Position numbers and translations under genes: made by a program. The notes below the pieces were generated by a model that made no database searches, had not been told where the DNA came from, and saw only the letters and a program-made list of their open reading frames with translations. Shown here in pieces: positions 47,546 to 60,000 of a stretch of DNA of 64,000 bases. The stretch spans positions 13,888,001-13,952,000 of the forward strand of contig NC_043025.1 of the NCBI RefSeq assembly GCF_006345805.1, written 5' to 3'. The stretch is from Octopus sinensis. Lineage: Eukaryota. The stretch's first letter is position 1; every line of letters begins with the position of its first letter.

Positions 47546-48329
47546 GATGTTTTTCAATATCTTTCTCCCCATAAACACTTTTAATGGTTTATGGAGGGGA
47601 TTTATGCCAAAAATTCCGACTGTTTCTATTTTAAACGGATTTTTTTTTAACTCGAAAAATTGGAAAAGAAATTTTTTTTGAATTCGGAAATTTAAATAAA
47701 GGCAATTAAAAAAACATCCATGCCGGCGGCAGGTAAAAAGCACCATTCTAGTGTGTTGATGCCAGAACCCATTGACTGGCCCTCATGGTGGTGGCGCGTA
47801 AAAAGCACCTCTTACACTCTCAGAGTGGTTGGCATTAGGAAGGGCATCTAACTGTAGAAATTTTGCCTGATCAGATTGGAACATGGTGCCACCTTCTGAC
47901 TTGCCAGTCATCAGTCAAACTGTCCAACCCATGCCGGCATGGAAAGTGAACATATATATATATACAAATTGAGATAGAGGTTGAAACTCAACCCACCATG
48001 GGATAAAATTAAATCCAATATACTGCTAGTGATGTACCCAACAAAGTTAATACATAAATGTTAAGGATTGCGATGCAATCAATTCATTTATTGTATTATA
48101 TGGGCAAAGGTAAAATGATTTACCACAAATTACTAATACAAGATAAGAAAATTACTCTTTTATGTACACTTTTTTATGTACATTCCTTTATGTACACTGA
48201 TTTGTTCTGCTTTTTATATATAACCCTACAGTCTCTTATGTGGTGGTTTAATAAATTATGTGATTGAGTATTATCTGGTAATTGACATTTGATTTAGATG
48301 TATTTCTCCATTTTCTTATCTTATATATA

Positions 48330-48424
<95 letters not shown>

Positions 48425-48533
48425 ATATACCGGAGTAAACACATAAATGTGAAACAAGGTGGAAAAAAGAGTACTCAAATACCAGTGGTAGAGTAATATG
48501 CTTTATTTTAAGCAGCAGAAAATTCAACAAAAT

Positions 48534-48571
48534 CTGTTACTCTGAGTTTCTCGTTGCCGTTCATCAGACAG
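48534..48571 (-). ncRNA. Hammerhead-like motif, mirror copy in the left arm
   Basis: Exact reverse complement of 48758-48795. Confidence 0.65.
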
Positions 48572-48757
48572 TTTTTGCTAGAATGGAACTTATATATTAA
48601 TTCAATCTATACTCTTACAAACGACCTTTTTGTTTATCGCTCGAAGATTGACCGTTTTTTTCTAAAGGGCCAATCAAACAAGTCCATTTCTTTTTAAAGG
48701 TGTAGCGTTTGTAAGAGTATAGATTGAATTAATATATAAGTTCCATTCTAGCAAAAA

Positions 48758-48795
48758 CTGTCTGATGAACGGCAACGAGAAACTCAGAGTAACAG
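48758..48795 (+). ncRNA. Minimal type I hammerhead-ribozyme-like motif with intact CUGAUGA/GAAA/GUA core
   Basis: CTGT-CTGATGA-A-CG(GCAA)CG-A-GAAAC-TCAGA-GTA-ACAG. Stem I CTGT/ACAG is extendable by AAAA/TTTT; near-palindromic ACTCAGAGT stem III; predicted cleavage 3' of 48791. Confidence 0.65.
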
Positions 48796-48845
48796 ATTTT
48801 GTTGAATTTTCTGCTGCTTAAAATAAAGTATATATATATAATATA

Positions 48846-48887
<42 letters not shown>

Positions 48888-49384
48888 TATATATATATAT
48901 ATACCGGGTTGCCCAATAGTAGGTTTACTGTTATCATGTCAGCACTTTAAATTTCTTTCAAAACATTTTATTCCATTTAAATTTCTATTGTACAATTAAC
49001 TAAATTAGAACAGAATAATGGTTTCATATTTTTTTATTTAGGGCTCCAGGGGAAGTCGCTGGCACTGACCTCAATGCTCTACAGGTAACAAATTGGAATT
49101 AAAAGGGCCGTGCTACGCTATAGGCTCATTAGGACCGATTTCCCAGATCCTGTGCCCTATAAATTCTTCCACCGAACTGAACCCTGGTCGATCGCAGAAT
49201 GACTCCCTTTTGCTAGCTGAATGAACTGGAATAACATGAAACAAAGTGTTTTTCTCAAGTAAACAACGCATCGCCCAGTCCAGGAATCGAAACCACAATC
49301 TAACGATCTCGAGAGCAACGCTTTACCGATTAAGCCACTCGCTTCCACAATGACGATGATGGTGGTAGTGGTAATAATGATGAT

Positions 49385-49615
49385 GCGAGCTGGCAGACAC
49401 GTTAGCACGCCGGGCGAAATGCTTAGTGGTATTTCGTCTGCCGCTACGTTCTGAGTTCAAATTCCGCCGAGGTCGACTTTGCCTTTCATTCTTTCGGGGG
49501 TCGATAAATTAAGTACCAGTTACGCACTGGGGTCGATGTAATCGACTTAATACCTATGTCTGTCTTTGTTTGTCCCCTCTATGTTTAGCCCCTTGTGGGT
49601 AATAAAGAAATAGGT
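49385..49615 (+). mobile_element. SINE family B, full length
   Basis: gagctggcagacacgttagcacgccgggcg head through aaagaaata tail. Confidence 0.88.
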
Positions 49616-50724
49616 AATAATGATGATGCAAAGGATCAAATTTCGAATCCGTAACGTTAGCAACAATTTCTAAATTTTACTTGTGGAGAAACCTATGAAC
49701 ATAAATCTACACATTATTGTTCCAGTGTTCTTCCATAGTAAACACCCGCACATTGAACACGCTGTAAATCGAAACACGTTTTATTTCGGAATTTAATTAT
49801 TCTTTACAAACGAGGAATTTAATTAAATTTTCCCCTAATTTAAGATAACAGGCAATTAGTTTATTGATTTAATTATTTTTTTTTCATCTGTGAAGATTGA
49901 AGCTTCGATTTATTCTTCCTTTCTGCTTATCGTCTGCCGTGTTTCCCGGACGCCCGTCTTTTTATGAAGGAGGAAGGGGGGAAAGTAGAGTATGTTATTA
50001 ACTGCGTATCACTCGTATACTTCCGCTTTCGCTAACGTGTCTATTTTTATATTTAATTTTTATTTTTAAAAAAATTACAAAAACGAAATGTTTTAAATAA
50101 AAAAAGAAAAATTATTTGTGCTGTTTACGATTCATGACGAACAAGTTTTTGAAAAAACGGCGTGAACGACGACACGCTCACAGTCTTAATTTATGTCCCG
50201 TCACTTTGAAATATTTTTCTCATTTTGCTTAATTTAATTAAATTTTAATTTGCTCAGTCGCTTATTATATTTTACATGTACATATATTATTGTAATTAAT
50301 CTAGATTTATTTCGTGTTTACATCACCGAGACGGAGTGACGCGTTGCGTTTCATTAACTGCAGAATATACACCCACCGCCCGTGTCACTAACACTGCACT
50401 CCCTCCTACTCCCTTTTATCACACTCCCCCTCCTTCATCGTCATCATCATCTCCTTTTCTTCTTCTTCTTGTTCTGCTCCTTCTTCTTCTTCTTCGTTTT
50501 CTTCTTCTTCTTGTTTTTCTGGCTGTAAACAGGGGCCCACAATGACGTACAGTCTACCCAGCCGTATACAGTAGCAGCAGACGAAATACCTGCTAAGCAT
50601 TCCCCCCGGCGTGCTTAACCTTTCTGCCAGCTCAATCAAACAAACCACGATACAAAGCAATAAAATCATTCCCCTTCTGGTCTACCGTAGTTTTTCTCTC
50701 TTCCCACAGCGAAGCCGAACTCCG

Positions 50725-50732
50725 ACTTCCGG
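50725..50732. promoter_or_regulatory. ETS/GABP-type site ACTTCCGG in the CpG-rich TMED2 upstream region
   Basis: Motif match about 260 bp upstream of the ATG; function untested. Confidence 0.35.
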
Positions 50733-50987
50733 TGACAACTTTTCAGCCATCTTTGACGACGGCTGTCCTTCCCAATAAAGCTTCTTCTCTCTCTTTCTCT
50801 CTCACATTCTGTCCCTCTCTCAACGTGTCTTACGTGGCATTAGCTGCAGGATTCATTCTTCTTCCTTATTCCCACCATCGCCTCCCCGTATTTCCTTCCT
50901 GCTCTCTCACAACAACCACCAAGAGCCGCCTGCCGACCATTTGACCGTTCCACGTTCCACTCCAGCTGATCTTGGCTCAATTCGACC

Positions 50988-51182
50988 ATGGATACTTTCT
51001 TCTTCTTCTCCCTGTTCGTGTTGTCGCTCCTTGCGGCCCTCCTGCCGCAGTCCACGCTCGGCTATTTCGTCAACATCGACGCCCATGCCGAAGAATGCTT
51101 CTTTGACAAAGTGGTGTCCGGCACCAAGATGAGCCTCATGTTTGAGGTGGCCGAAGGCGGATTCTTGGACATCGATGTCAAG
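50988..51182 (+). CDS. TMED2: TMED2 (p24-beta/Emp24) coding exon 1: signal peptide and GOLD domain start
   Basis: ACC-ATG-G; hydrophobic signal peptide followed by [40 protein letters not shown]; aag|gtaaaa donor at the same position as I recall for human exon 1. Confidence 0.96.
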
Positions 51183-51360
51183 GTAAAACCACCCCACGTC
51201 TTTCCTCTCTCTCCGAACATTTATATATAAACCCTTTTCTCTATTTGTAATATCTCTATAGATGTCAATAAGCAGAATATTATTATTATGGAGGCGATCT
51301 GGTAGGATCGTTAGATCGCCGGGCAAAATGCTTTCTCGGCATTTCTTCCGACCCCTACAT

Positions 51361-51760
51361 GGCAATCTTTCGTCTTTAGTAGACCTTTCCGTCGATTTCC
51401 GTAAAAAACTTTTAATTTTTACATATGGGCTTGCGGGAACTTTTGAAGTAATGAGAGCGAAAGAGACTAAGAGAAAGCGATTGTATGACGGGGGAAGTTC
51501 TTTTGAAGTTACCGTGCATGGCAAGCATTGATGTACATGTGTGTGTGTGTGTTTGATGGGGTGCGGGTGACAGACAGTATGTTGTGTAAGTGAAGTGCTT
51601 CTGTTAGTGTGTGTGAAAGAGAGAGATAACTGGAATTTTTTACTCGGTGTATGTGTATATGTATGTATATTACTTCGAAAGTTCCCGCAAGCCCATATGT
51701 AAAAAAAAAAAAATTTTTACGGAAATCGACGGAAAGGTCTACTAGAGACGAAAGATCGCC
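51361..51760. repeat. ~92-bp imperfect inverted repeat (51361-51452 / 51669-51760) in TMED2 intron 1
   Basis: catatgggcttgcgggaactt(t)tgaagtaat versus attacttcgaaagttcccgcaagcccatatg, and so on along both arms. Confidence 0.9.
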
Positions 51761-52029
51761 CTCTTACATTCTGAGTTCAAATCCTGCTGAGATCGACTTT
51801 GCTTTTCGTCCTTTCAGGGTCAGTAAAATGAGCACCAGTCGTGCATTTGGGTCTATGTAATCGACAAACCCCATTTCCACAAAATGAACCGACTGCAGAA
51901 AACAAATTATTAATGAAGTCCGCGAGTTTGCAGAATCGTTGGTCAACCTTTATATATTGACCGAATCGGTTAGAGCGCGTCGAACAAATTGCTTAACGGC
52001 ATTTCTTCCCCCCATCTCATTACATTCTG

Positions 52030-52420
52030 TATTCGAATACCTATTTCTTTATTGCCCACAAGGGACTAAACACAGAGGGGACAAACAAGGACAGACACAC
52101 GGATTAAGTCGATTATATCGACCCCAGTGCGTAACTGGTACTTAATTTATCGACCCCGAAAGGATGAAAGGCAAAGTCGACCTCGGCGGAATTTGAACTC
52201 ACAACGTAACGGCAGACGAAATACCTATTTCTCTATTATCCACAAGGGGCTAAACACAGAGGGGACAAACAAGGACAGACATAGGTATTAAGTCGATTAG
52301 ATCGACCCCAGTGCGTAACTGGTACTTAATTTACCGACCCCGAAAGGATGAAAGGCAAAGTCGACCTCGGCGGAATTTGAACTCACAACGTAACAGCAGA
52401 CGAAATACCGCCGAGGTCAA
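52030..52420 (-). mobile_element. Tandem SINE family B copies
   Basis: Two head-to-tail reverse-complement bodies. Confidence 0.85.
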
Positions 52421-53005
52421 CTTCATCTGAGATCGTTTTGGTAGTAGATAAAACATCAGTTGAACACCGGGGTCGATGTTATGGACTAACCCCTCCCCTC
52501 AAAACAGCCTGCTTTGTACCAACACCTCAACCCATTATTATTATTACTGATCTGGCGGAATAGTAAGGGCACCGGTTCGAAACCGGGGTCCATATGGCCC
52601 CTTGGAAGTCACACTATAAGACTTTGCTGTTAAAATTTATCTACAAAAAATTCGTCATACTTCTAATTTCACGAAATATTTTAACAAATACATGATTTTT
52701 TTAATTAAAACATGGAATAATTAGGAGATTCAATCAGAGTAAAATAGAAATCGAAGGGATCCAGGGCGTCGAACAAAATGTTTTGCAACATATGTTCTGT
52801 ATCTTGACGTTCGTAGTTCGAATCTCGTTGAGGTCAAATTTGCCTTTCATTCTTCCTGTGTCTGGAAAATAATACTAAATAAAAGGCACTACTGAACTAT
52901 AGAGGTCCCGATGCATCTACGTAACGATCTGAAGGGCAGAATTAGTTTTAGGGTTAGTTTTTAGGGGTTACTGTTACCTGTTTTAACTTCTCTATTTGTA
53001 GTAGG

Positions 53006-53045
<40 letters not shown>

Positions 53046-54159
53046 GATGCCCCTGCCAAGGGGATGAATGGACAAGGTCGAATTTAAATTGCAAAGTGTT
53101 CAAATCCTGCCTGAGTCAAATTTGCCTTTTATCCTTTCGGGGCCGTTAAAATGATATACCAGTTAAGTACTGGGGGATCGATATAATCGACTAAACTCTC
53201 CCCTCCCCATGAAAAAACTGTTAGCTTTGTGCCTATCTGAAATATTATGTGTGTATATATATAGATTTGTATGTATATAAGTGTATGTATATATGTATGT
53301 ATACAAGTATATATATGTATGTATATAAGTATATATATATATGTATATAAGTATATATATATGTATGTATATAAGTATATATATATGTATGTATATAAGT
53401 ATATATATGTATGTATATAAGACTACGTATGTATGTGTATATATATATGTATGTATATATATATGTATGTATATATGTGTATATATGTACATATGTGTAT
53501 ATATGTGTGTATATATGTATGTATATGTATGTATATATATATGTATATATATATATAAAGTTATATATATATATACATATGTATATATATATATATGTAT
53601 GTATATATATATGTATATATATATATAAAGTTATATATATATATACATATGTATATATATATATATATACATATGTATATATATATATATACATATGTAT
53701 ATATGTATGTATATATATGTATATAAGTATATATATATGTATATAAGTATATATATATATATATATATAAGTTATATATATACATGTATATATATATATA
53801 TATACATATGTATATATGTGCGTGTGTGTTATATATATATATATATATTATATATATATATATATATGTCAATGTGTGGGTGGGTGCATTCATTCTTAAC
53901 TTTGTTTTGTGAGAATTCTTGGTGTGAAATCATGTGTTTGAAGCATTTGTCTCTCAGGAGTGTCTGTCTGTCTGTGTGTCTCCCCCCCACCCCATGTACG
54001 TACATAATTACTGGCCAAAACGACCTGGTAATTGTGGCTGCATCGTCTTTCCTTTCCAATCCCCTCACTTTCGTGTTCCCTAAAGCAGAATGTCCTGAAT
54101 CCCTCTTCCTTTTGTTTATCCACTCACCTCTGTGTGTGTGTGTGTGTAAATATATACAA

Positions 54160-54595
54160 AGTGGCACACCGGGCGGAATGCTTAGCGGTATTTCATCGGT
54201 CGTTACGTTCTGAGTTCAAATTCCGCCGAGGTCGACTTTGCCTTTCATCCTTTCGGGGTCGATAAATTAAGTACCAGTTACTCACTGGGGTCGATAAATT
54301 AAGTACCAGTTACTCACTGGGGTCGATAAATTAAGTACCAGTTACTCACTGGGGTCGATAAATTAAGTACCAGTTACTCACTGGGGTCGATAAATTAAGT
54401 ACCAGTTACTCACTGGGGTCGATAAATTAAGTACCAGTTACTCACTGGGGTTGATAAATTAAGTACCAAGTTACTCACTGGGGTCGATAAATTAAGTACC
54501 AGTTACTCACTGGGGTCGATATAATCGATTTAATCCGTTTGTCTGTCCTTGTTTGTCCCCTCTATGTTTAGCCTCTTGTGGGTAGTAAAGAAATA
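54160..54595 (+). mobile_element. SINE family B with an internal 8x32-bp tandem expansion (54255-54511)
   Basis: ggggtcgataaattaagtaccagttactcact starts at 54255, 54287, 54319, 54351, 54383, 54415, 54447 and 54480. Confidence 0.9.
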
Positions 54596-54669
54596 TATAT
54601 ATACAAAGAGGTGCTGAAAAGTTCCTGGTTTTGGGGAAAAGAAAATACAGAAGGATCAGTTAATATTCT

Positions 54670-55220
54670 TTACTCTTTTACTTGTTTCAGTCATTTGACT
54701 GCGGCCATGCTGGAGCACCGCCTTTAGTCGAGCAAATCGACCCCGGAACTTATTCTTTGTAAGCCCAGTACTTATTCTATCGGTGTCTTTTGCCGAACCG
54801 CTAAGTGACGGGGACGTAAACACACCAGCATCTTTTGTCAAGCGATGTTGTGGGGGTACAAACACAAATACAAATATACATATATACACATATACATATA
54901 TATGACAGGCTTCTTTCAGTTTCCGTCTTATGCCGAACCGCTAAGTAACGGGGACATAAACACACCAGCATCGGTTGTCTAGCAATGCTAGGGGGACAAA
55001 CACAGTCACACAAACACACACATGCATATATATATATATATATATATATACATACACGATGGGCTTCTTTCAGTTTCCATCTACCAAATCCACTCACAAG
55101 GCTTTGGTCGGCCTGAGGCTATATAGTCGAAGACACTTTGCCCAAGATGCCACGCAGTGGGACTGAACTCGGAACCACGTGGTTGGTAAGCAAACTACTC
55201 ACCACACGGCCACTCCTGTG
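54670..55220 (-). mobile_element. Tandem SINE family A copies
   Basis: Reverse-complement family A. Confidence 0.82.
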
Positions 55221-55509
55221 ATTTTATTCAACATATTCCTGTCACAGATTTACACTCTTATTGCAGCAGTCCTTCAAATTTTTTAAGCCCTGTAAAAGAA
55301 CTGGGAAAGTTTTGCCTCCGAACAGTCCTTTCATGATACCCTTGCAAAAGAGACCGACAGAATAAGTAACAGGATTTTTTAAATAAATACTGATGTTGAT
55401 ACATTCAACCATAAATTTTTAAAGGCAGTGCTCCAGCATGGTCTCAGTCAAATGAATAAAAGAATATATACATATCATTTCGAAATCGAATTGAACCAGC
55501 CAGGATCCC

Positions 55510-55840
55510 TGGTCTGGTGGTACGTAAAAAGCACTATCCGACTCGTGGCCGATGCCAGTGCCGCCTCGACTGGCTTCCGTGCCGGTGGCACGTAAAATAC
55601 ACCAATCCGACCGTGGCCGTTGCCAGCCTCGCCTGGCACCTGTGCAGGTGGCACGTAAAAAGCACCCGCTACACTCACGGAGTGGTTGGCGTTAGGAAGG
55701 GCATCCAGCTGTAGAAACACTGCCAGATAAGACTGGAGCCTGGTGCAGCCTTCTGGCTTCCCAGATCCCCGGTCGAACCGTCCAACCCATGCTAGCATGG
55801 AAAACGGATGTTAAACGATGATGATGATGATGATGATATA
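55510..55840 (+). mobile_element. RTE 3'UTR (family C)
   Basis: Family C body with a (GAT)n tail. Confidence 0.82.
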
Positions 55841-56024
55841 TATACAGTGCGTAGATAGATAGATTCAAATGTGAATTTTATGTAGGATCCGAAAGGGGTC
55901 TCAGGGAGTAGCGTCCCTGCCTTCCTGAGCTAGTTTTCCACCACATTTCTTAAAAATTGTGGTAGAAGCCTTGGTCTCGGGACACTCGTGTCTAGAAACT
56001 GAGGTTGGGGGTAAACAAAGGCAT

Positions 56025-56330
56025 GTGGAGGCACATGGCCTTGTGGTTAGAGCAGTGGATTCGCGGTCGAGGGTTCGCGGGTTCGAATCTCAGACCGGGC
56101 GATGTGTGTGTTTATGAGCGAAAACACCTGAGCTCCAAGCGGCTGCGGCAGAAGGTAATGGCGAACTTCTGCTGACTCTTTCACCACAACTTTCTCTCAC
56201 TCTTTCCTCCTGCATCTTGCAGCTCACCTGCAACGGACCGGCGCCCTGTCCAGGTGGGGAACCCATATGCCAAGGAAACCGGGAAACCGGCCCTTATGAG
56301 CCAGGTGTGGCTCGAGAAGGAACAAAGCAA
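56025..56330 (+). mobile_element. tRNA-SINE, family D-related
   Basis: Near-identical to 31926-32215. Confidence 0.82.
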
Positions 56331-56509
56331 AGGCATGCTCCCCATAAAAAATCCATCTCCAAAACAGCCCTCATGATTGCAAAGGTTGGGGTGGGCTGCA
56401 CCTGCCTGCTTCAGTTGCTATGGCATTGAGGTAGATTCGGCCACCACTGTTAACAGAGACAAAACCCAGATTTAAAACACTGGATGATGATGATGATGAG
56501 AATAAAACT

Positions 56510-56760
56510 AATCATCATCATCATTGTTCGACCGTGGTCGAGACAATGGAATTTACCATGCTACGCCAGACTTCACGGTCCATCATGGCATTACGGAGGT
56601 CCTGTTGCTGGATGCCTGTATCCCTGGAGATTACATCAGGGTAGGAGAGTGTGCACCCTCTGGTATTGCGAGTAGATGGCTTCCAGAGGAGAAGAGTAGA
56701 GATTACCTCTTTTCCAGCTCTACAACAATGTCCAGCAAACTGGACTCTCCTACCTTTCAC
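56510..56760 (-). mobile_element. 5'-truncated RTE LINE, same family as 45462-45953
   Basis: KGRRVQFAGHCCRA...DREVWRSMVNSIVSTTVEQ* followed by a (TGA)n tail. Confidence 0.9.
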
Positions 56761-57009
56761 TAATAAACAAATTTTGAAGGTGTATAATTGTCCATTCTTC
56801 TTCTTTCTGATGTCTTGGTTATATACCCTGTATGCTGTCTGAAATCCAATGAAGCTAACTCAGGATTTACTCAATGTGTGAAGTACCCTGTGATTCATCA
56901 TCATCATCATCATCACTTAACATCTGCCTGGTCAGCTCCTGTCAAACCGTCCAACCCATGCCAGCATGGAAAGCGGACATTAGACGACAACGATGATGAT
57001 GATGTGTGA

Positions 57010-57430
57010 ATATATATTTCTTTACTACCCACAAGGGGCTAAACATAGAGGGGACAAACAAGGACAGACATAGGTATTAAGTTGATTATATCGACCCCAG
57101 TGTATAACTGGTACTTAATTTATCGACCCCGAAAGGATGAAAGGCAAAGTCGACCTCGGCGGAATTTGAACTCAGAACGTAAAGACAGACGAAATACCTA
57201 TTTCTTTACTACCCACAAGGGGCTGAACACAGAAGGGACAAACAAGGACAGACAAAGGGATTAAGTCGATTATATCGACCCCAGTACACAACTGGTACTT
57301 AATTTATCGACCCCGAAAGGATGAAAGGCAAAGTCGACCTCGGCGGAATTTGAACTCGGAACGTATCGACAGACGAAATACGGCGACGCATTTCGCCCGG
57401 CGTCCTAACGTTTCTGCCAGCTCACCGCCT
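57010..57430 (-). mobile_element. Tandem SINE family B copies
   Basis: Two reverse-complement bodies. Confidence 0.85.
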
Positions 57431-58339
57431 TATGATGTGTGAATATATGTTACTGTCTCTTTGTCTTGGTATCATGTGGTAGTTGTAAACGAGCGTCCTT
57501 GTTGTACAAGCAGTGTTGTTTTGTTTCCAATCTTGCATGGAAACGCGTCTGACCATGGGAAAATGTTACTTTGCTTGGACACAGATGAGGGTTGGCAGCA
57601 GAAAAGGCATTGTCCAGTCATAGAAAATCTCCCTCCACAAATTCCATCTGACTCATGTAAGCATGGGAGCAGCAATAGTGGGGGGGACAGGAAGGAAGGA
57701 CATTGAAATGATGACAATAGTATTGACTGATGTGGCCTTTACTTTTATTGAAACCTTATTGGATATGAGGGAGATTTAGCTGATGTTTTTAGCAGGTCAA
57801 GCTCATCCTGCTGACTTGATAACCGGAGGTTTGTTGTTTAGTTTTATCCGTTATCTTTTTGCTTGTTTCAATCCTTAGACTGTGGCCATGCTGGAGCACC
57901 GCCTTGAAGAATTTTAGTTTCACGGATTGACCCCCACTACTTACTTTTTTTATATATTTTTTTTTTTGGTAAAGCCCAATACTTATTTTATCAGTCCCTT
58001 TTGCTGAACTGCCAAGTTACAGGGATATAAACACACCAACACTGGTTGTCAAGCAGTGGTGGAGAGGAAACAAACACACACATACATACATACATCATCA
58101 TCATCAGCATCGGCATCGTTTAGCATCTGTTTTATAATTCAAAAATGCATTTGGATGAAGCGTTTATATTTGGATATCAATCAGGAGCGTCACAAATATC
58201 CCTAGCAAAGGAAAGCGAAAGATACACACACACTTATATACGTGTTCTGTAATATTTTCATTCTATTTTGTTTTTTATACGTCCAACCATGTGCTTTCAC
58301 TCTCTCACCGTATATATATATATATATATATATATAATC

Positions 58340-58604
58340 ATAATTAAGGGTTAATTGCAACAAGTTGCTCAAAACCACATACCGAAAATATTAGAAATAG
58401 CAGCTAAATTGATCACTATTTCTCCTACTAATAAAAAGTCTCCACAAACAAACAGAATTTGTAACCTGTATATGGCAAAAAAGGAAGAAAATAACGAAAT
58501 CCCAGCCTTTTATTAGTAGGAGAAATAGTGATCAATTTAGCTGCTATTTCTAATATTTTCGGTATGTGGTTTTGAGCAACTTGTTGCAATTAACCCTTAA
58601 TTAT
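58340..58604. repeat. Perfect 97-bp inverted repeat with a 71-bp spacer in TMED2 intron 1
   Basis: Arms 58340-58436 and 58508-58604 are reverse complements by eye. Confidence 0.95.
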
Positions 58605-58859
58605 AATTATTATAACCCTTACCAAATATGGTCTTTTGCATACCGATAAATCTACAAGGTGAAATTTATTAATTTTATTATATTCCACCCTTTTTTGCAT
58701 ATATATATATATATATAGAAGCTCCAGCCCATCCAAAGTACCTTGGATTGTAGGATGGCCTGCTGTGCTTACCTTGGATCGTAGGGTGACCTGCTGTGCT
58801 TGAGGAGACCTATTGATACATGTACATCAACATCAAAATAAAAATCAAATGGAAATTGT

Positions 58860-59585
58860 ATTTGTGATACCTGTGCCGGTGGCACGTAAAAAGCACCAAC
58901 CAATCGTGGCCATTGCCAGCCTCGCCTGGCACCTGTGCCAGTAGCATGTAAAAAGTACCCACTACACTCATGGAGTGGTTGGTGTAAGGAAGGGCATCCT
59001 GCTGTAGAAACACTGCCAGATCAGACTGGGGCCTAGTGCGGCCTCCTGGCTTCCCAGATCCCGGTCGAACTGTCCAACCCATGCTAGCATGGAAAACGGA
59101 TGTTAAACGATGATGATGATGATGATGATTATATATATATATATATATATATGGATGGATGCCAACAGTTCCATGAAGAAGTACCAATCCCTCAAGTCGA
59201 TGGAACATGTGAAAGGGGGACACCCTGGAAGACATGGGACCAATCTGAGGATGCTGAACCTTTCAGACAAGATGACAAAGGACCGAGATGCCTGGCCCCT
59301 TGCTGTACTCAAGAAGACGCATACCCCCACAGCAGAAGCGATAAGGCCACTCCCCCTTGAGAAGACGATCAGCCTACAAGAGTCCCGTGCCGGGTGCCAT
59401 GTAAAAGCACCCAACACCCAACTCTGTGAAGTGGTTGCTACTTGGAAGGGCATCAAGCCATAAAAAACCCAATCAGACTGGAGCCTGGTGCAGCTCTCCG
59501 GGTTAGACAGCTCTGGTTGAACTGTCCAACCCATGCCAGCATGGACAATGGACATTGAACGATGATGGTGGTGATGATGATGATG
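58860..59585 (+). mobile_element. RTE 3' fragments (family C UTR, C-terminal codons, UTR)
   Basis: GTCERGTPWKTW / LRMLNLSDKMTKDRDAW..AVLKKT resemble the RTE C-terminus; (GAT)n tails. Confidence 0.7.
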
Positions 59586-59689
59586 ATATGTATATGTATA
59601 TATTGGTATGTATGAATTTATGTGTGAGTATACTTTTATGTAAGGATGTATATATATATATATATATATTTTACAACTACCACATGATA

Positions 59690-60000
59690 CCAAGACAACC
59701 ACCTCACCAACAACAACACTGAACACCTTTTTGATCTCCATGTGTCCAACACACATGGACATGCCTACAAAGTCAGAAAACAACACAGCTCCTTCCATGA
59801 CTTTTGGAAACATTTTTTCACGCTCAGAGTTGCTGAAGCATGGAACAAACTGCCTGCGTCAGTTGTTGACTGCCATGACACTGCATCCTTTAAGGCCCTC
59901 ATGCTTTCCAAAATCCGCCGAAACTACACCTGATTATACATACACTTTAGATGAGTTGTAGTGCACCTGAGCACTGTACACAATTATTATTATTATTATA
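59690..60000 (+). mobile_element. CR1-type LINE 3' end, same family as 15125-15680
   Basis: SNTHGHAYKVRKQHS...KHFFTLRVAEAWNKLPASVV; (ATT)n tail. Confidence 0.88.

Larger units (their letters stand above)
48501..48828. repeat. Perfect 123-bp inverted repeat with an 82-bp spacer, flanked by (TA)n
   Basis: Arms 48501-48623 and 48706-48828 are exact reverse complements by eye. Confidence 0.95.

Noticed and set aside
50907-51524. 205-aa antisense ORF over TMED2 exon 1
   Set aside because: Shadow of the GC-rich coding strand; non-ATG start and no recognisable motifs.
52952-52967. TTAGGG hexamers
   Set aside because: Only two isolated copies; not an interstitial telomeric array.
53163-53893. Many YI/IY/VC-rich ORFs here and at 11.5, 12.3, 14.0, 42.3 and 44.1 kb
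   Set aside because: (TA)n/(CA)n microsatellite artefacts.
54255-54511. CRISPR-like appearance of 32-bp repeats (also 16.6-18.1 kb and 29.8-30.3 kb)
   Set aside because: Head-to-tail units without unique spacers, eukaryotic context and no cas genes.
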